Positions 1 to 8,966 of a stretch of DNA of 64,000 nt are shown piece by piece. The stretch is taken from NCBI GenBank assembly GCA_016432645.1, contig CP066698.1, positions 20,245-84,244 of the forward strand, written 5' to 3'. The number at the start of each line of letters is the position of its first letter. The first letter of the stretch is position 1. The stretch is from Candidatus Falkowbacteria bacterium (GTDB lineage Bacteria; Patescibacteriota; Patescibacteriia; Patescibacteriales; UBA12465). Below the pieces are notes generated by a model, which saw only the letters and a program-made list of their open reading frames with translations, ran no database searches and had not been told where the DNA came from. The position numbers were made by a program, and so were the translations under genes.

Positions 1-1372
1 GCTTGGAATAATTAGGAATATTTCGAAGCACCGTATCAAAAACAAAAGCTTGTTGAACATTAGCGGCGGGTATTTTTTTGGCCATGGTCTTCGGGACTAG
101 CTCCCAAAGCTTGATGATGGCCGGTTGATAAATTTTTCGCGCCTTATCATTCAAAATCCGGTTTAACGAAAAATTTGCCGGCAAAGTAACCAGCGTATAG
201 GAAATATTGGAAATAGTTTTGAGATCATCGTTGTTTACTGTTTTTGCGTCCACAATCCAAGTATGTTCAATGTTGGGAAGCGATAGGATTTTTTTTATTT
301 TTGCTTTTATTTTTGTTTTGACGCCGGTTTTAGCTGTTGGTTTTTGTGATTTTATCTTTAAGACAGAGTCTATGATTCTTTCATAGTCCCAGATTAGATT
401 TTCTTCGCTCCAATTTTCTTTGGCTTCGCGAAGAACGGCTGCCCCGTTCTCAATAATAGTTTTTAGGGAGTTGTCTTCAATGCAGATAGAGGGATTGAGA
501 TTTAAAATATGCCGGAACATCGAATTTTTTGAAATGGCTATTGGACGATTAACCGCGAGCGCGTAATCGGTAACGCTCGATATGCCCCTGACGCCGGTGT
601 CTTTATATAAAAATACATTTATAGAATTGGCCGCCAAGAAATCAAAAACCTTCTCGTCTTCAAAAAATTCATGAGTTATTTCTAATTTTATGCCCGGTTT
701 GGTTATTAGCTCTCGGCAATTATTTTCTATTTGCTTAGCTTTTATGCCGTTCTCGTCGCCAAAATCAGCTAATGGAATATTTATTTTAATGGTTGCTTCA
801 TCAAACTCTTTCTGGGCTAATATAATAATGTCCTCAAAGCCTTTATTAGCTGTTGCGAAACCAAAGCTGCCGATAATAATGTTATCAGGCAACGCTTGTT
901 TGTTTTCGTATTTTTTAACCAATCTACCGGTTTTATATACTAGCGGATTTTTAAGCAATAAAGTCGGGTCTGGCGTCACATAAAAATCAAAAATAGAGTT
1001 ATGCATTGGCCGGAAAATGATAAAGTTGTTTTTATAGTTTACCCCCCGGTCGGCGAGATCTTGAGTAATTTCATGAATGATGCCGATTTGCGGGATGGTG
1101 ATGTTAGTTAAATTATTACGATAAATTCGGGGCATTATTCTAGTTGTTACCCAAGGGATAGTGAAGGGATGGTAATTATAAATAATTGCCGCCGGATTGT
1201 GTTCTTTTATACTTTCAGCCAGTTCTTTTAAAGACGAGCATTCTTGATAAATAAAATTATATTTTTGAGATTTCTGAAGACTGTTTGCGATATTTTTGCC
1301 GAATTCATAAATGCCGCACCGCTTTTTTTTATGCGATATAAATAATATATTTTTAGACTCAAGTTTCGGCAT
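1..1372 (-). CDS. Glycosyltransferase-like protein; N-terminal ~457 codons present, 3' end runs off the window
   Basis: ATG at 1372-1370 (MPKLESKNILFISHKKKRCGIYEF...) opens a minus-strand frame with no in-frame stop before position 1, so it is absent from the complete-ORF track. The C-terminal half (…GSFGFATANKGFEDIIILAQKEF…, …VFLYKDTGVRGISSVTDYALAVNRPIAIS…) resembles a GT1/GT4 donor-binding domain. It is adjacent to an acetyltransferase and the priming sugar transferase. Confidence 0.5.
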   Translation of the reverse strand, partial: MPKLESKNILFISHKKKRCGIYEFGKNIANSLQKSQKYNFIYQECSSLKELAESIKEHNPAAIIYNYHPFTIPWVTTRIMPRIYRNNLTNITIPQIGIIHEITQDLADRGVNYKNNFIIFRPMHNSIFDFYVTPDPTLLLKNPLVYKTGRLVKKYENKQALPDNIIIGSFGFATANKGFEDIIILAQKEFDEATIKINIPLADFGDENGIKAKQIENNCRELITKPGIKLEITHEFFEDEKVFDFLAANSINVFLYKDTGVRGISSVTDYALAVNRPIAISKNSMFRHILNLNPSICIEDNSLKTIIENGAAVLREAKENWSEENLIWDYERIIDSVLKIKSQKPTAKTGVKTKIKAKIKKILSLPNIEHTWIVDAKTVNNDDLKTISNISYTLVTLPANFSLNRILNDKARKIYQPAIIKLWELVPKTMAKKIPAANVQQAFVFDTVLRNIPNYSK

Positions 1373-1388
1373 AAGATATTTTTTATTC

Positions 1389-1928
1389 TTACTTTTGTAT
1401 GTATTTTATGGTTTTAGCCGGTATGCCGGCGACAACGGTGTTATCGCCAACATTTCTAGTGACTAGACTGCCGGCGGCGATTACGGCATTTTGACCGATA
1501 GTAACTCCTTTTAAAATAGTAGCCCCGGCGCCTATCCAAGCGCCTCGTTTAATAGTAATCGGGGCCTCGGTTATCGCCGCTTGTCTTTCTTTATCGAGTT
1601 TTTGATAATCATGGCCGCGTGCGATTACCATCACTTTGTGGCTGAAAAAGACATAGTCCTCAATAATAATTGAACCATCGGTATCGCCAGCGTTGAGCAG
1701 GACGTCTGTTAAATAAACATTATTGCCAACATTAATATTTTTGGCGCCATGAAAAACTTTAAAGCCTTTATCAAAGCGGACATTGCGGCCGACTTGGGCG
1801 ATACCAAAGATGTATTTTAAGCGTAAATAATCGATTCCTCGGGCAAATTTAACAAAAAACCGGTATATTAGCCTCAGCGGCTTATAAAAAGTTTGATATT
1901 TTTTTAGACGATTAATAATTTTTTCCAT
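1389..1928 (-). CDS. Hexapeptide-repeat (left-handed beta-helix) sugar O-acetyltransferase
   Basis: 179 aa with repeated [LIV]G-x4 hexapeptides (NVGNNVYL, GIPAKTI, VGDNTVVAGIPA), as in WbbJ/maltose acetyltransferase-type proteins. Confidence 0.8.
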   Translation of the reverse strand: MEKIINRLKKYQTFYKPLRLIYRFFVKFARGIDYLRLKYIFGIAQVGRNVRFDKGFKVFHGAKNINVGNNVYLTDVLLNAGDTDGSIIIEDYVFFSHKVMVIARGHDYQKLDKERQAAITEAPITIKRGAWIGAGATILKGVTIGQNAVIAAGSLVTRNVGDNTVVAGIPAKTIKYIQK

Positions 1929-1934
1929 ATTTCT

Positions 1935-3254
1935 TTATTTTCCGCGGCTGCTTAACATCGTGGCGATTGTTTTTAGGGCGATGGTTATGTCTAAAAATAG
2001 GGAGCGATTTTTGATATAAAATAAATCATTTTGCAATTTTTTAAGAGTATCTTCTTTGGCAGGAGAATGGTATTCGCCGGATATTTGATCCCAGCCGGAA
2101 AGTCCTGGTTTAATTATCAGCCTGGTGTTATAAAAAGGAATAATCGTTTCTAAGTCTTTGGCTAGTTCCGGCCTTTCGGGGCGTGGGCCGATAAAACTCA
2201 TTTCCCCTGCCAAAATATTTATCATCTGCGGGATTTCATCCAGCCGAGTTTTGCGCAAAAAATTTCCAAAAGTTGTAATCCTTTTATCGCCATCTACCGT
2301 TAGCGCTCGGTCGTTATTGTCTTCGCGCATCGTGCGGAATTTAATAATGGTGAATAATTTTCCTTGGCGTCCGAGGCGTTTTTGGCGGAAGAAAACTGGT
2401 CCGCGGCTTTCTAATTTAATAACTAACGCAATTAGCGGCCAGAAAATTAAAGAAATAATTAAGACAGTCAAGGCACCGATAAAATCAATAATTCTTTTAA
2501 GAAAATTAAAATAGCGGCGCTGGTTTTCCCTTAAGTTTTCTAAAAACCAGCTGGCGCTGACCTCTTCCACCGGAATTTTACCGCTTAGCAGTTCGTAAAA
2601 ATCAGGATAGCTATAAACACTGATTCGGTTTTGTAAAAGGTTGAGTAGAAAATCAGTGGTTCTCGCGGAGCCGAAATCATCACAGACAACTACTATTTTT
2701 ACTTTTTCGCCCTCTGTTTGATTTTTTAGTTTTTCCAGCTCCTCCTCGCCATTTATTTGCAGCTCTAATTTATAGCCGGCGCCGGGATTTTTATTCAATT
2801 CGCTTTGCAGGGCGCGGCTTTTTTCATTGTTACCCATAATTGCCAAGCCTACTCCAGGAACAGCATGCTGAATAGCTTGGTATAAGTAACGCCAAATAAA
2901 AAAGAGCCCCAAGAAAAACACAATAAATAAGGCTAAGTTGGTTCTCGGGGCGACGCTGGAAGCGACATTTAGATAAAAATAAGTGATGGAAATTAAACTG
3001 GCGACCGCCGCGGCGCTCATCGCCGTTTTTAAAAAACGGCGGCTTCTGGCCCTTAGATTAAGGTCGTAAAGGCCGCTAATATATATGGAAATCAGCCAAA
3101 AAACAAAGACCAACAGGAAGGGCCAAAAATGTTTTTGGAGCTGGTCGCTAAAAGCGGCTTGAGGGTATCTAACCGTTAAAACTAAAACTAGAGCCAGAAA
3201 GAGAGAGACTGAATCTCCGAGCAAGAGAATTATTTTTTTAAAACCGCTGGTCAT
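1935..3254 (-). CDS. Polyprenyl-phosphate glycosyl-1-phosphate transferase (bacterial sugar transferase, WbaP/PglB-like priming enzyme)
   Basis: 439 aa with N-terminal TM helices and the C-terminal bacterial sugar transferase signature ...IIDFIGALTVLIISLIFWPLIALVIKLESRGPVFFRQKRLGRQGKLFTIIKFRTM...DEIPQMINILAGEMSFIGPRPERP. Confidence 0.85.
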   Translation of the reverse strand: MTSGFKKIILLLGDSVSLFLALVLVLTVRYPQAAFSDQLQKHFWPFLLVFVFWLISIYISGLYDLNLRARSRRFLKTAMSAAAVASLISITYFYLNVASSVAPRTNLALFIVFFLGLFFIWRYLYQAIQHAVPGVGLAIMGNNEKSRALQSELNKNPGAGYKLELQINGEEELEKLKNQTEGEKVKIVVVCDDFGSARTTDFLLNLLQNRISVYSYPDFYELLSGKIPVEEVSASWFLENLRENQRRYFNFLKRIIDFIGALTVLIISLIFWPLIALVIKLESRGPVFFRQKRLGRQGKLFTIIKFRTMREDNNDRALTVDGDKRITTFGNFLRKTRLDEIPQMINILAGEMSFIGPRPERPELAKDLETIIPFYNTRLIIKPGLSGWDQISGEYHSPAKEDTLKKLQNDLFYIKNRSLFLDITIALKTIATMLSSRGK

Positions 3255-3348
3255 ATAAGGCCAATATAACAGTTTCCGCTTGAAAAATCAATCATTTTTA
3301 TGTTATCTTTATATAGATATGATATAATAATAACGAAATAGAAATATT

Positions 3349-4521
3349 ATGAAAAATGAGCAAAAAATAGCCGAATTATTAACTCGGGGTGTAGAAGAGG
3401 TTATTGATCTTAAGGATTTAGAGGCTAAGCTATTAAGCGGAAAGCCACTGAGAGTTAAGCTGGGGATTGACCCGACTAGCCCTAATATTCATTTGGGACG
3501 TTCCATTCCGCTTTTAAAATTAAGGGATTTTCAAGAATTAGGGCATCAAATCGTCTTTATTATTGGTGATTTCACGGGAACGATTGGCGATACTTCTGAC
3601 AAGAATAGCGAACGGCCAATGTTAGATGAAGCGGTTATTAAAGAAAATATCAAAAATTATATTGCTCAAGCCGGTAAAGTAATTGATGTTAAAAAATGCG
3701 AGATTCATTATAATAGCGAATGGCTGGCCAAATTAGAATATAAAGAAGTCTGCCGCCAAGCCGATATTTTTTCTATCAATGAATTCATTTCCCGCGATAA
3801 TATCCGCCGCCGTTTAGAGGCCGGTTCGCGCGTTTCTTTACGCGAAGTGATGTACCCGATGATGCAGGGTTATGACTCAGTTATGCTTAAAGCCGACGTG
3901 GAACTTGGCGGCACCGACCAGCGTTTTAATTTGCTGGCCGGACGGGAAATGCAGCGCGCCTATAAACAAGCGCCGCAAAACATTATTACTAATCCTTTGA
4001 TTGAAGGCTTGGATGGTCGCAAAATGAGTTCTAGCTGGGGCAACACCGTCAATCTTTTTGATTCGCCTTCGGAAATGTTTGGGAAACTTATGTCCTTGCA
4101 GGATGAGTTTATCATCAAGTATTTTACTTTATTAACGCGCGTCAGCGTTGAGGAGATTAAGAAATATGAGGATGCCCTAAAAAAAGGCGCTAATCCGCGA
4201 GATTATAAGATATTGCTTGCTAAGGAAATTGTTAGTTTTTACCATAGCAAACAAGCGGCTGACGAGCAGGAAACTAATTTTATTAAAGTTTTTTCTAAAA
4301 AGGAAATGCCGGCTGAAATCGGAGAGTTAAAACCGACCAGTTATGGTTTAGTGGCTGTTTTAATTGAGGCTGGATTAGTCGCTTCTAAATCCGAAGCCAA
4401 GCGCGTCATTGAGCAGGGCGGCGTTAAAGTTGATCAGCAAATAATCAGGGAATTAGATTTTAATATTCCGGCAGGCGCGATTTTGCAGAAAGGAAAATTA
4501 AAATTTCTCAAGATAGTTTAA
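3349..4521 (+). CDS. tyrS: Tyrosyl-tRNA synthetase
   Basis: Class I aaRS HIGH-like region (PTSPNIHLG), KMSSS (KMSKS variant), and a C-terminal S4-like domain (LVAVLIEAGLVASKSEAKRVIEQGGVKVD). Confidence 0.85.
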   Translation: MKNEQKIAELLTRGVEEVIDLKDLEAKLLSGKPLRVKLGIDPTSPNIHLGRSIPLLKLRDFQELGHQIVFIIGDFTGTIGDTSDKNSERPMLDEAVIKENIKNYIAQAGKVIDVKKCEIHYNSEWLAKLEYKEVCRQADIFSINEFISRDNIRRRLEAGSRVSLREVMYPMMQGYDSVMLKADVELGGTDQRFNLLAGREMQRAYKQAPQNIITNPLIEGLDGRKMSSSWGNTVNLFDSPSEMFGKLMSLQDEFIIKYFTLLTRVSVEEIKKYEDALKKGANPRDYKILLAKEIVSFYHSKQAADEQETNFIKVFSKKEMPAEIGELKPTSYGLVAVLIEAGLVASKSEAKRVIEQGGVKVDQQIIRELDFNIPAGAILQKGKLKFLKIV

Positions 4522-4540
4522 AATTTTTAGCCGGATATTT

Positions 4541-5548
4541 ATGGCGGAAACCGATTCCACTTGGCCTAAGATTGGTAATGAGCAAGCGATTGAATTTTTG
4601 AATCGAGCGGTTTCTGGCGGCCGGATTGCCCAAACCTATATTTTCATCGGTCCGGATGACTTAGGCAAATCAACCATAGCCTTAACTTTTGCCCATAATT
4701 TAATGAGTAAGGCTATTGGTCTCCATGAAGGCTTTAATAGTGATCTTCATATTTTAAAGCCGGATGACGGTAAAAAATCCATCTCTATTGAACAGGTGCG
4801 CCAGTTTATTAAAGATTTAAGTTTAAGCCCTTTTCTTAACGCCTATAAGATAGGTATAATTAAGGAGGCTGACAGTTTAAGCTCGGAAGCCCAGAATGCT
4901 ATTTTGAAAACTCTAGAAGAACCTAAGGGGGAGACGTTGATTATTTTGCTCGCTAAGAGCGAAGAAAATCTACTGCCCACAATTTTATCGCGCGGTCAAA
5001 AATTATATTTTAATCCGGTAAAAGCGGAAACAATTTATGATTATTTACTAACTGAGCATCAGGCAAAACGTTCACTCGCGAAAGATTTGGCCAACTTAGC
5101 CCTGGGGCGCCCGCTTAAAGCCGCCAGATTTTTAGAAAATCCAGAAACCTACGCTGCTTATTTGGAAAGGGCGAGTTTATTTTTAAAATTGTTCAATACC
5201 GGTCTCAATGAACGCTTAAGCGTGCTGGACAAATTGTTTAGCGATAAATCTTACGGTGTTGCCGCCGTCAATGGTGCGGAAGACATTTTAACGATGATTG
5301 AGGGCTTATTACGTGATTTATTCCTGCTCCACTTTAATCAACCGGAAAAAATCCAACATTCCGCTTTGGTCTCGGAGCTTAAAGAAGCTTTGCGAGTGAT
5401 TGATCTCCTGGTGGCCTCTAAAAATAGTAATGATAATTTTTCTACTTTTATTTTATTAAAATTCAAATTAACAGCGATGGCGCGGGAGTATTTGTCGGCT
5501 AATGTTAATCCGCGCTTAGTTTTAGAACAATTAGTAATTAATTTATAA
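4541..5548 (+). CDS. holB: DNA polymerase III delta-prime subunit (AAA+ clamp loader)
   Basis: 335 aa with the N-terminal AAA+ box AQTYIFIGPDDLGKSTIALTFAHNLM. The sensor motifs are typical of HolB/DnaX-family proteins. Confidence 0.75.
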   Translation: MAETDSTWPKIGNEQAIEFLNRAVSGGRIAQTYIFIGPDDLGKSTIALTFAHNLMSKAIGLHEGFNSDLHILKPDDGKKSISIEQVRQFIKDLSLSPFLNAYKIGIIKEADSLSSEAQNAILKTLEEPKGETLIILLAKSEENLLPTILSRGQKLYFNPVKAETIYDYLLTEHQAKRSLAKDLANLALGRPLKAARFLENPETYAAYLERASLFLKLFNTGLNERLSVLDKLFSDKSYGVAAVNGAEDILTMIEGLLRDLFLLHFNQPEKIQHSALVSELKEALRVIDLLVASKNSNDNFSTFILLKFKLTAMAREYLSANVNPRLVLEQLVINL

Positions 5549-5553
5549 AATAT

Positions 5554-6666
5554 ATGAAGCACAAAAAAGTTATTCTGGGCGCCTGTTTGGCCTTGTTGGG
5601 CTTGTCTTTATCCGCTTGCTCAATTTCCACCAACTCTTCCAATAATAGTGCTACTCAGGATAGCAGCGTCTTTCTCTCAACCGATAGCGGTAACACTTGG
5701 CGCACGGCCGCCGCTTTAGCGACTACCGGCCAGGCTCAGGACATCAAATCTTTGAATGTTAATACGATGGCCATGGACCCCTCGGATAATTTGGCGGTTT
5801 ATTTGGCGACTTATGAACATGGTTTGTATTATACTTATAATGTTTTAAATACCGGCTGGATTAAAGTTAAAAATCTGCCGGAGGCGACCATTAATGATGT
5901 TAAGGTTGACCCCAAAAGCAAATGCGTAATTTATGCCGCTGTTGCCAATCGTTTATATCGTTCCAGTGATTGCGCCCGTAATTGGGATCAGGTTTATTTT
6001 GATACCGACCCAGCCGTCAGCGTCAATGCGATTGTGGTGGATTTCTATAATACTAAAAATATTTATATCGGCACCTCGCGCGGCGAAATTATTAAAAGTA
6101 TTGATAGCGGCGCTTCTTGGCGGACCATCCGCCGCTTAGAAGAAGGTGTATCCCGCTTGATTATTTCGCCTTTGGACAGCCGCTTAATATTTGTCGCTTC
6201 TGCTAAGAATAAAATTTATAGCTTTACTTCCAACAGTGCGACTAACGCCGCCGATTCCGGCAATATTGACCAGAATTTCATGGTGGTTAATTGGAATGAT
6301 TTAAATACTGTTCTAAAAGATTATAATCTCGGTTCCTCATTTAAGGATTTTGTAGTTTGTGCGGCCGATGGTAAGATGTTTATCGCCACTAATCAAACTA
6401 TTCTGCGTTCTCCGGACAACGGCATTACTTGGGAGCAAATAAAACTCATCCAGCCTGATAAAGCGGCGACCGTCAACGCTTTAGCCGTTAATCCAAAAAA
6501 CTCCAATGAAATATATTATGTAACTAACACAACTTTCTTTAGCTCGACTGACGGCGGCGTTACTTGGGCTACCAAGAAGTTGCCGACAACGCGCGCCGGC
6601 CGCAATTTGTTAGTTGACTTTAATAATCCGAAAAATATTTATTTAGGCACCATAAAATTAAAATAA
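5554..6666 (+). CDS. Secreted lipoprotein with BNR/Asp-box repeats
   Basis: Signal peptide plus lipobox (LGLSLSAC). Four S-x-D-x-G-x-T-W Asp-boxes: STDSGNTWR, SIDSGASWR, SPDNGITWE, STDGGVTWA. Confidence 0.6.
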   Translation: MKHKKVILGACLALLGLSLSACSISTNSSNNSATQDSSVFLSTDSGNTWRTAAALATTGQAQDIKSLNVNTMAMDPSDNLAVYLATYEHGLYYTYNVLNTGWIKVKNLPEATINDVKVDPKSKCVIYAAVANRLYRSSDCARNWDQVYFDTDPAVSVNAIVVDFYNTKNIYIGTSRGEIIKSIDSGASWRTIRRLEEGVSRLIISPLDSRLIFVASAKNKIYSFTSNSATNAADSGNIDQNFMVVNWNDLNTVLKDYNLGSSFKDFVVCAADGKMFIATNQTILRSPDNGITWEQIKLIQPDKAATVNALAVNPKNSNEIYYVTNTTFFSSTDGGVTWATKKLPTTRAGRNLLVDFNNPKNIYLGTIKLK

Positions 6667-6673
6667 AAAATAT

Positions 6674-7228
6674 ATGAATCAATATTTAGCAGACAAACAA
6701 GGTGATTTTTCTAACGCGATTGATTTTTTCAAAAAAGAAATCGCGACTCTTCGCACCGGCCGCGCTAATCCGGCAGTTTTAGATGGCATTCAAGTTGAGG
6801 CTTACGGCGTCATGAATCCGCTTAATACCGTCGCTAATATCGCAGTTTCGGATGCGCGCAATATTTTGATTGCCGCCTGGGATAAGGGGGTTTTAAAAAA
6901 TATTGAAAAGGCGATTGTGGATGCCGGATTGGGCTTGGGAGTTGTTAATGAGGGTGACAAAATTCGCCTAACCGTACCCGCTTTAACCGAGGAAAATCGT
7001 AAAGATTTAGTAAAAAAGCTTAATGAAAAAATGGAAAAAACCAGAGTTATCTTGCGTCAAGTCCGCGAAGCGATAAAAAATACCATTGAAAAGGCTCACG
7101 ATGATAAAGAAATGAGCGAGGATGATAAATTCCGCTTTATTAAGGAGCTTGATGAATTTTCCGCGCGCAAGAATGAGGAACTAAAAGATGTGCGCGATCG
7201 CAAGGAAAAAGATATCATGGAGATTTAA
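6674..7228 (+). CDS. frr: Ribosome recycling factor
   Basis: 184 aa with strong similarity to RRF (VEAYGVMNPLNTVANIAVSDARNILIAAWDK...LTVPALTEENRKDLVKK). Confidence 0.9.
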   Translation: MNQYLADKQGDFSNAIDFFKKEIATLRTGRANPAVLDGIQVEAYGVMNPLNTVANIAVSDARNILIAAWDKGVLKNIEKAIVDAGLGLGVVNEGDKIRLTVPALTEENRKDLVKKLNEKMEKTRVILRQVREAIKNTIEKAHDDKEMSEDDKFRFIKELDEFSARKNEELKDVRDRKEKDIMEI

Positions 7229-7247
7229 GAATTAATTAACAAGACAA

Positions 7248-8417
7248 ATGTTTTTAACAATTATTATATTTATTTTAGTTTTGTCGGTTCTGATTTTTGT
7301 GCATGAGCTTGGTCATTTCATGACCGCGCGGCGTCTGGGAGTCAGGGCTGACGAATTCGGTTTTGGATTTCCGCCGCGGGCTATTGGTTTTTATAAGAAT
7401 AAAAACGGCAAATGGCAACGCGTGGTCGGCAGTAAAACCTATGAAAGCTTAGAGCAGAGTACGGATGCTAAAAAAATTCCGGCTACTGGTTCTACGATTT
7501 ATTCTCTTAATTGGTTACCGATCGGAGGTTTCGTTAAAATCAAAGGCGAAAATGGAGACGGCGAAAACGATCCTGATAGCTTTGCCGCGAAAAAGATTTG
7601 GAAACGGGTAATAATTTTAGCGGCTGGGGTCATTATGAATATCCTTTTAGCTTGGGTGATTTTTACTATTGGTTATGTGATGGGTTTGCCTCAGGCTACT
7701 GCGGAATTGGGCCGTCGAGCGATTGTTAGTGAACAGCGAGTGGCAGTCATTGATATTTTGCCTGGCTCGCCGGCTGAAAGCGCCGGGCTTAAAGCGGGTG
7801 ATTTAATTTCTCGGATAAATGGAGAAACAGTCGCCTCGGAAGTTGATGTTCAAAAAATTATCGGCACTCGCGGAGGGCAGGAAACGGAAATTGTCGTCAG
7901 TAATAACGGCGAAGATAAAGTTTTAAAGGTTATTCCGGCTGCCAATTTAAATGGTGCCGAGGGCCGGGCGGCTATTGGTGTCAGCATTATGGCGGCTGGG
8001 ACTGTCCGTTATCCTTTTTTCAACGCAATTTGGGAAGGAGCAAAAACTACCATTTGGACTTTGAAAGAAATTTTTGTGGCTTTCGGTAATTTAATCGGCA
8101 GTTTATTTCATGGCCAATCAGTGGCTGCTGATTTTGCCGGACCGGTCGGAATTGCCAATATTACCGGGCAGGCCGCGCGTTTGGGCTTGATTTATCTCTT
8201 GCAATTAACAGCTTTGTTATCTCTTAATTTAGCCGTGATTAATATCTTGCCTTTTCCAGCCTTGGATGGTGGCCGTATTTTCTTTTTGTTAATTGAAAGA
8301 ATTAAGGGCAAGCCGGTCCGCCGGGACGTGGAAGCGGTTATTCACAATATCGGCTTCATGCTGTTGATTGCCCTGATTATTTTTATTACCTATAAAGATA
8401 TTGTTAAATTGTTCTAA
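7248..8417 (+). CDS. rseP: RIP zinc metalloprotease RseP/site-2 protease
   Basis: HELGH zinc motif in the first TM, a PDZ domain (ILPGSPAESAGLKAGDLI), and C-terminal TM helices with an LDGG motif. Confidence 0.85.
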   Translation: MFLTIIIFILVLSVLIFVHELGHFMTARRLGVRADEFGFGFPPRAIGFYKNKNGKWQRVVGSKTYESLEQSTDAKKIPATGSTIYSLNWLPIGGFVKIKGENGDGENDPDSFAAKKIWKRVIILAAGVIMNILLAWVIFTIGYVMGLPQATAELGRRAIVSEQRVAVIDILPGSPAESAGLKAGDLISRINGETVASEVDVQKIIGTRGGQETEIVVSNNGEDKVLKVIPAANLNGAEGRAAIGVSIMAAGTVRYPFFNAIWEGAKTTIWTLKEIFVAFGNLIGSLFHGQSVAADFAGPVGIANITGQAARLGLIYLLQLTALLSLNLAVINILPFPALDGGRIFFLLIERIKGKPVRRDVEAVIHNIGFMLLIALIIFITYKDIVKLF

Positions 8418-8434
8418 TTATTAACATTAAATAT

Positions 8435-8761
8435 ATGGAAGTCAAAATTAAATCTTCGCGCCTAGAATTAACCGACGCTATCCGAAAATATATTGAAACC
8501 AAAATGGCGATGACCGAAAAATATTTGGGCGCTAAAGTTAAGGTGATAAATTGTGATTTTGAAATCGCTAAAACAGTCGGCGGCCAAAGCAAGGGGGATA
8601 TTTTCCGGGCCGAAGTTAATTTGCAGGTACCGCATGAAATTTTGCGGGTTGAAAAAACTGAAACCGATTTATATAAAGCCATTGATAAGGTCAAGGATCA
8701 CTTAGAATTAGTCGTTAAAAAGTATAAGGAGAAGCTGATTGATAAGAAGCGGGGGAAGTAG
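8435..8761 (+). CDS. hpf: Ribosome hibernation promoting factor (RaiA/HPF family, short form)
   Basis: 108 aa with the HPF fold signature (MEVKIKSSRLELTDAIRKYIETK...FRAEVNLQVPHEILRVEKTETDLYKAIDKV). Confidence 0.8.
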   Translation: MEVKIKSSRLELTDAIRKYIETKMAMTEKYLGAKVKVINCDFEIAKTVGGQSKGDIFRAEVNLQVPHEILRVEKTETDLYKAIDKVKDHLELVVKKYKEKLIDKKRGK

Positions 8762-8823
8762 ATTTTTTTTGAGGGTGAGCTGTGGATAACTAGAATAATT
8801 TTACTAATAGTTTTAGAATAAAA

Positions 8824-8855
8824 AGCCTAAAAATGTGATTTTAGGCTTTTTTATT
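8824..8855 (+). terminator. Rho-independent terminator after hpf
   Basis: Stem AGCCTAAAA (8824-8832) pairs with TTTTAGGCT (8839-8847), loop ATGTGA, followed by TTTTTATT. Confidence 0.7.
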
Positions 8856-8879
8856 GGGGTTTTGGTGGCTTGTCGCTAT

Positions 8880-8908
8880 ACACTATATATAGTATAATAA
8901 GTAGTATC
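8880..8908 (+). promoter_or_regulatory. Sigma70-like promoter of nrdAB with an embedded NrdR-box-like palindrome
   Basis: TTGTCG (8880-8885), a 17-nt spacer, then TATAAT (8903-8908). The spacer contains the perfect 12-bp palindrome ACTATATATAGT (8892-8903). Within ACACTATATATAGTAT this fits the NrdR box consensus acaCwAtATaTwGtgt. Confidence 0.45.
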
Positions 8909-8966
8909 CCAACCACAACATAACTGAAAAGATGGGAAATTAATAAATCTTAAATAATTTAAAATT

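Noticed and set aside
690-983. 97-aa + strand ORF
   Set aside because: It lies entirely antisense within the longer minus-strand glycosyltransferase-like frame (1-1372), and its composition is low-complexity.
2158-2514. 118-aa + strand ORF
   Set aside because: Antisense to the well-supported sugar transferase gene (1935-3254). No motif.
3255-3348. Possible T-box or other riboswitch leaders upstream of tyrS, ileS, proS and alaS
   Set aside because: All four leaders are under 100 nt (most under 30 nt). That is too short for T-box elements, and no specifier/antiterminator structure is evident.
5933-6139. 68-aa + strand ORF
   Set aside because: Alternative frame inside the BNR lipoprotein gene.
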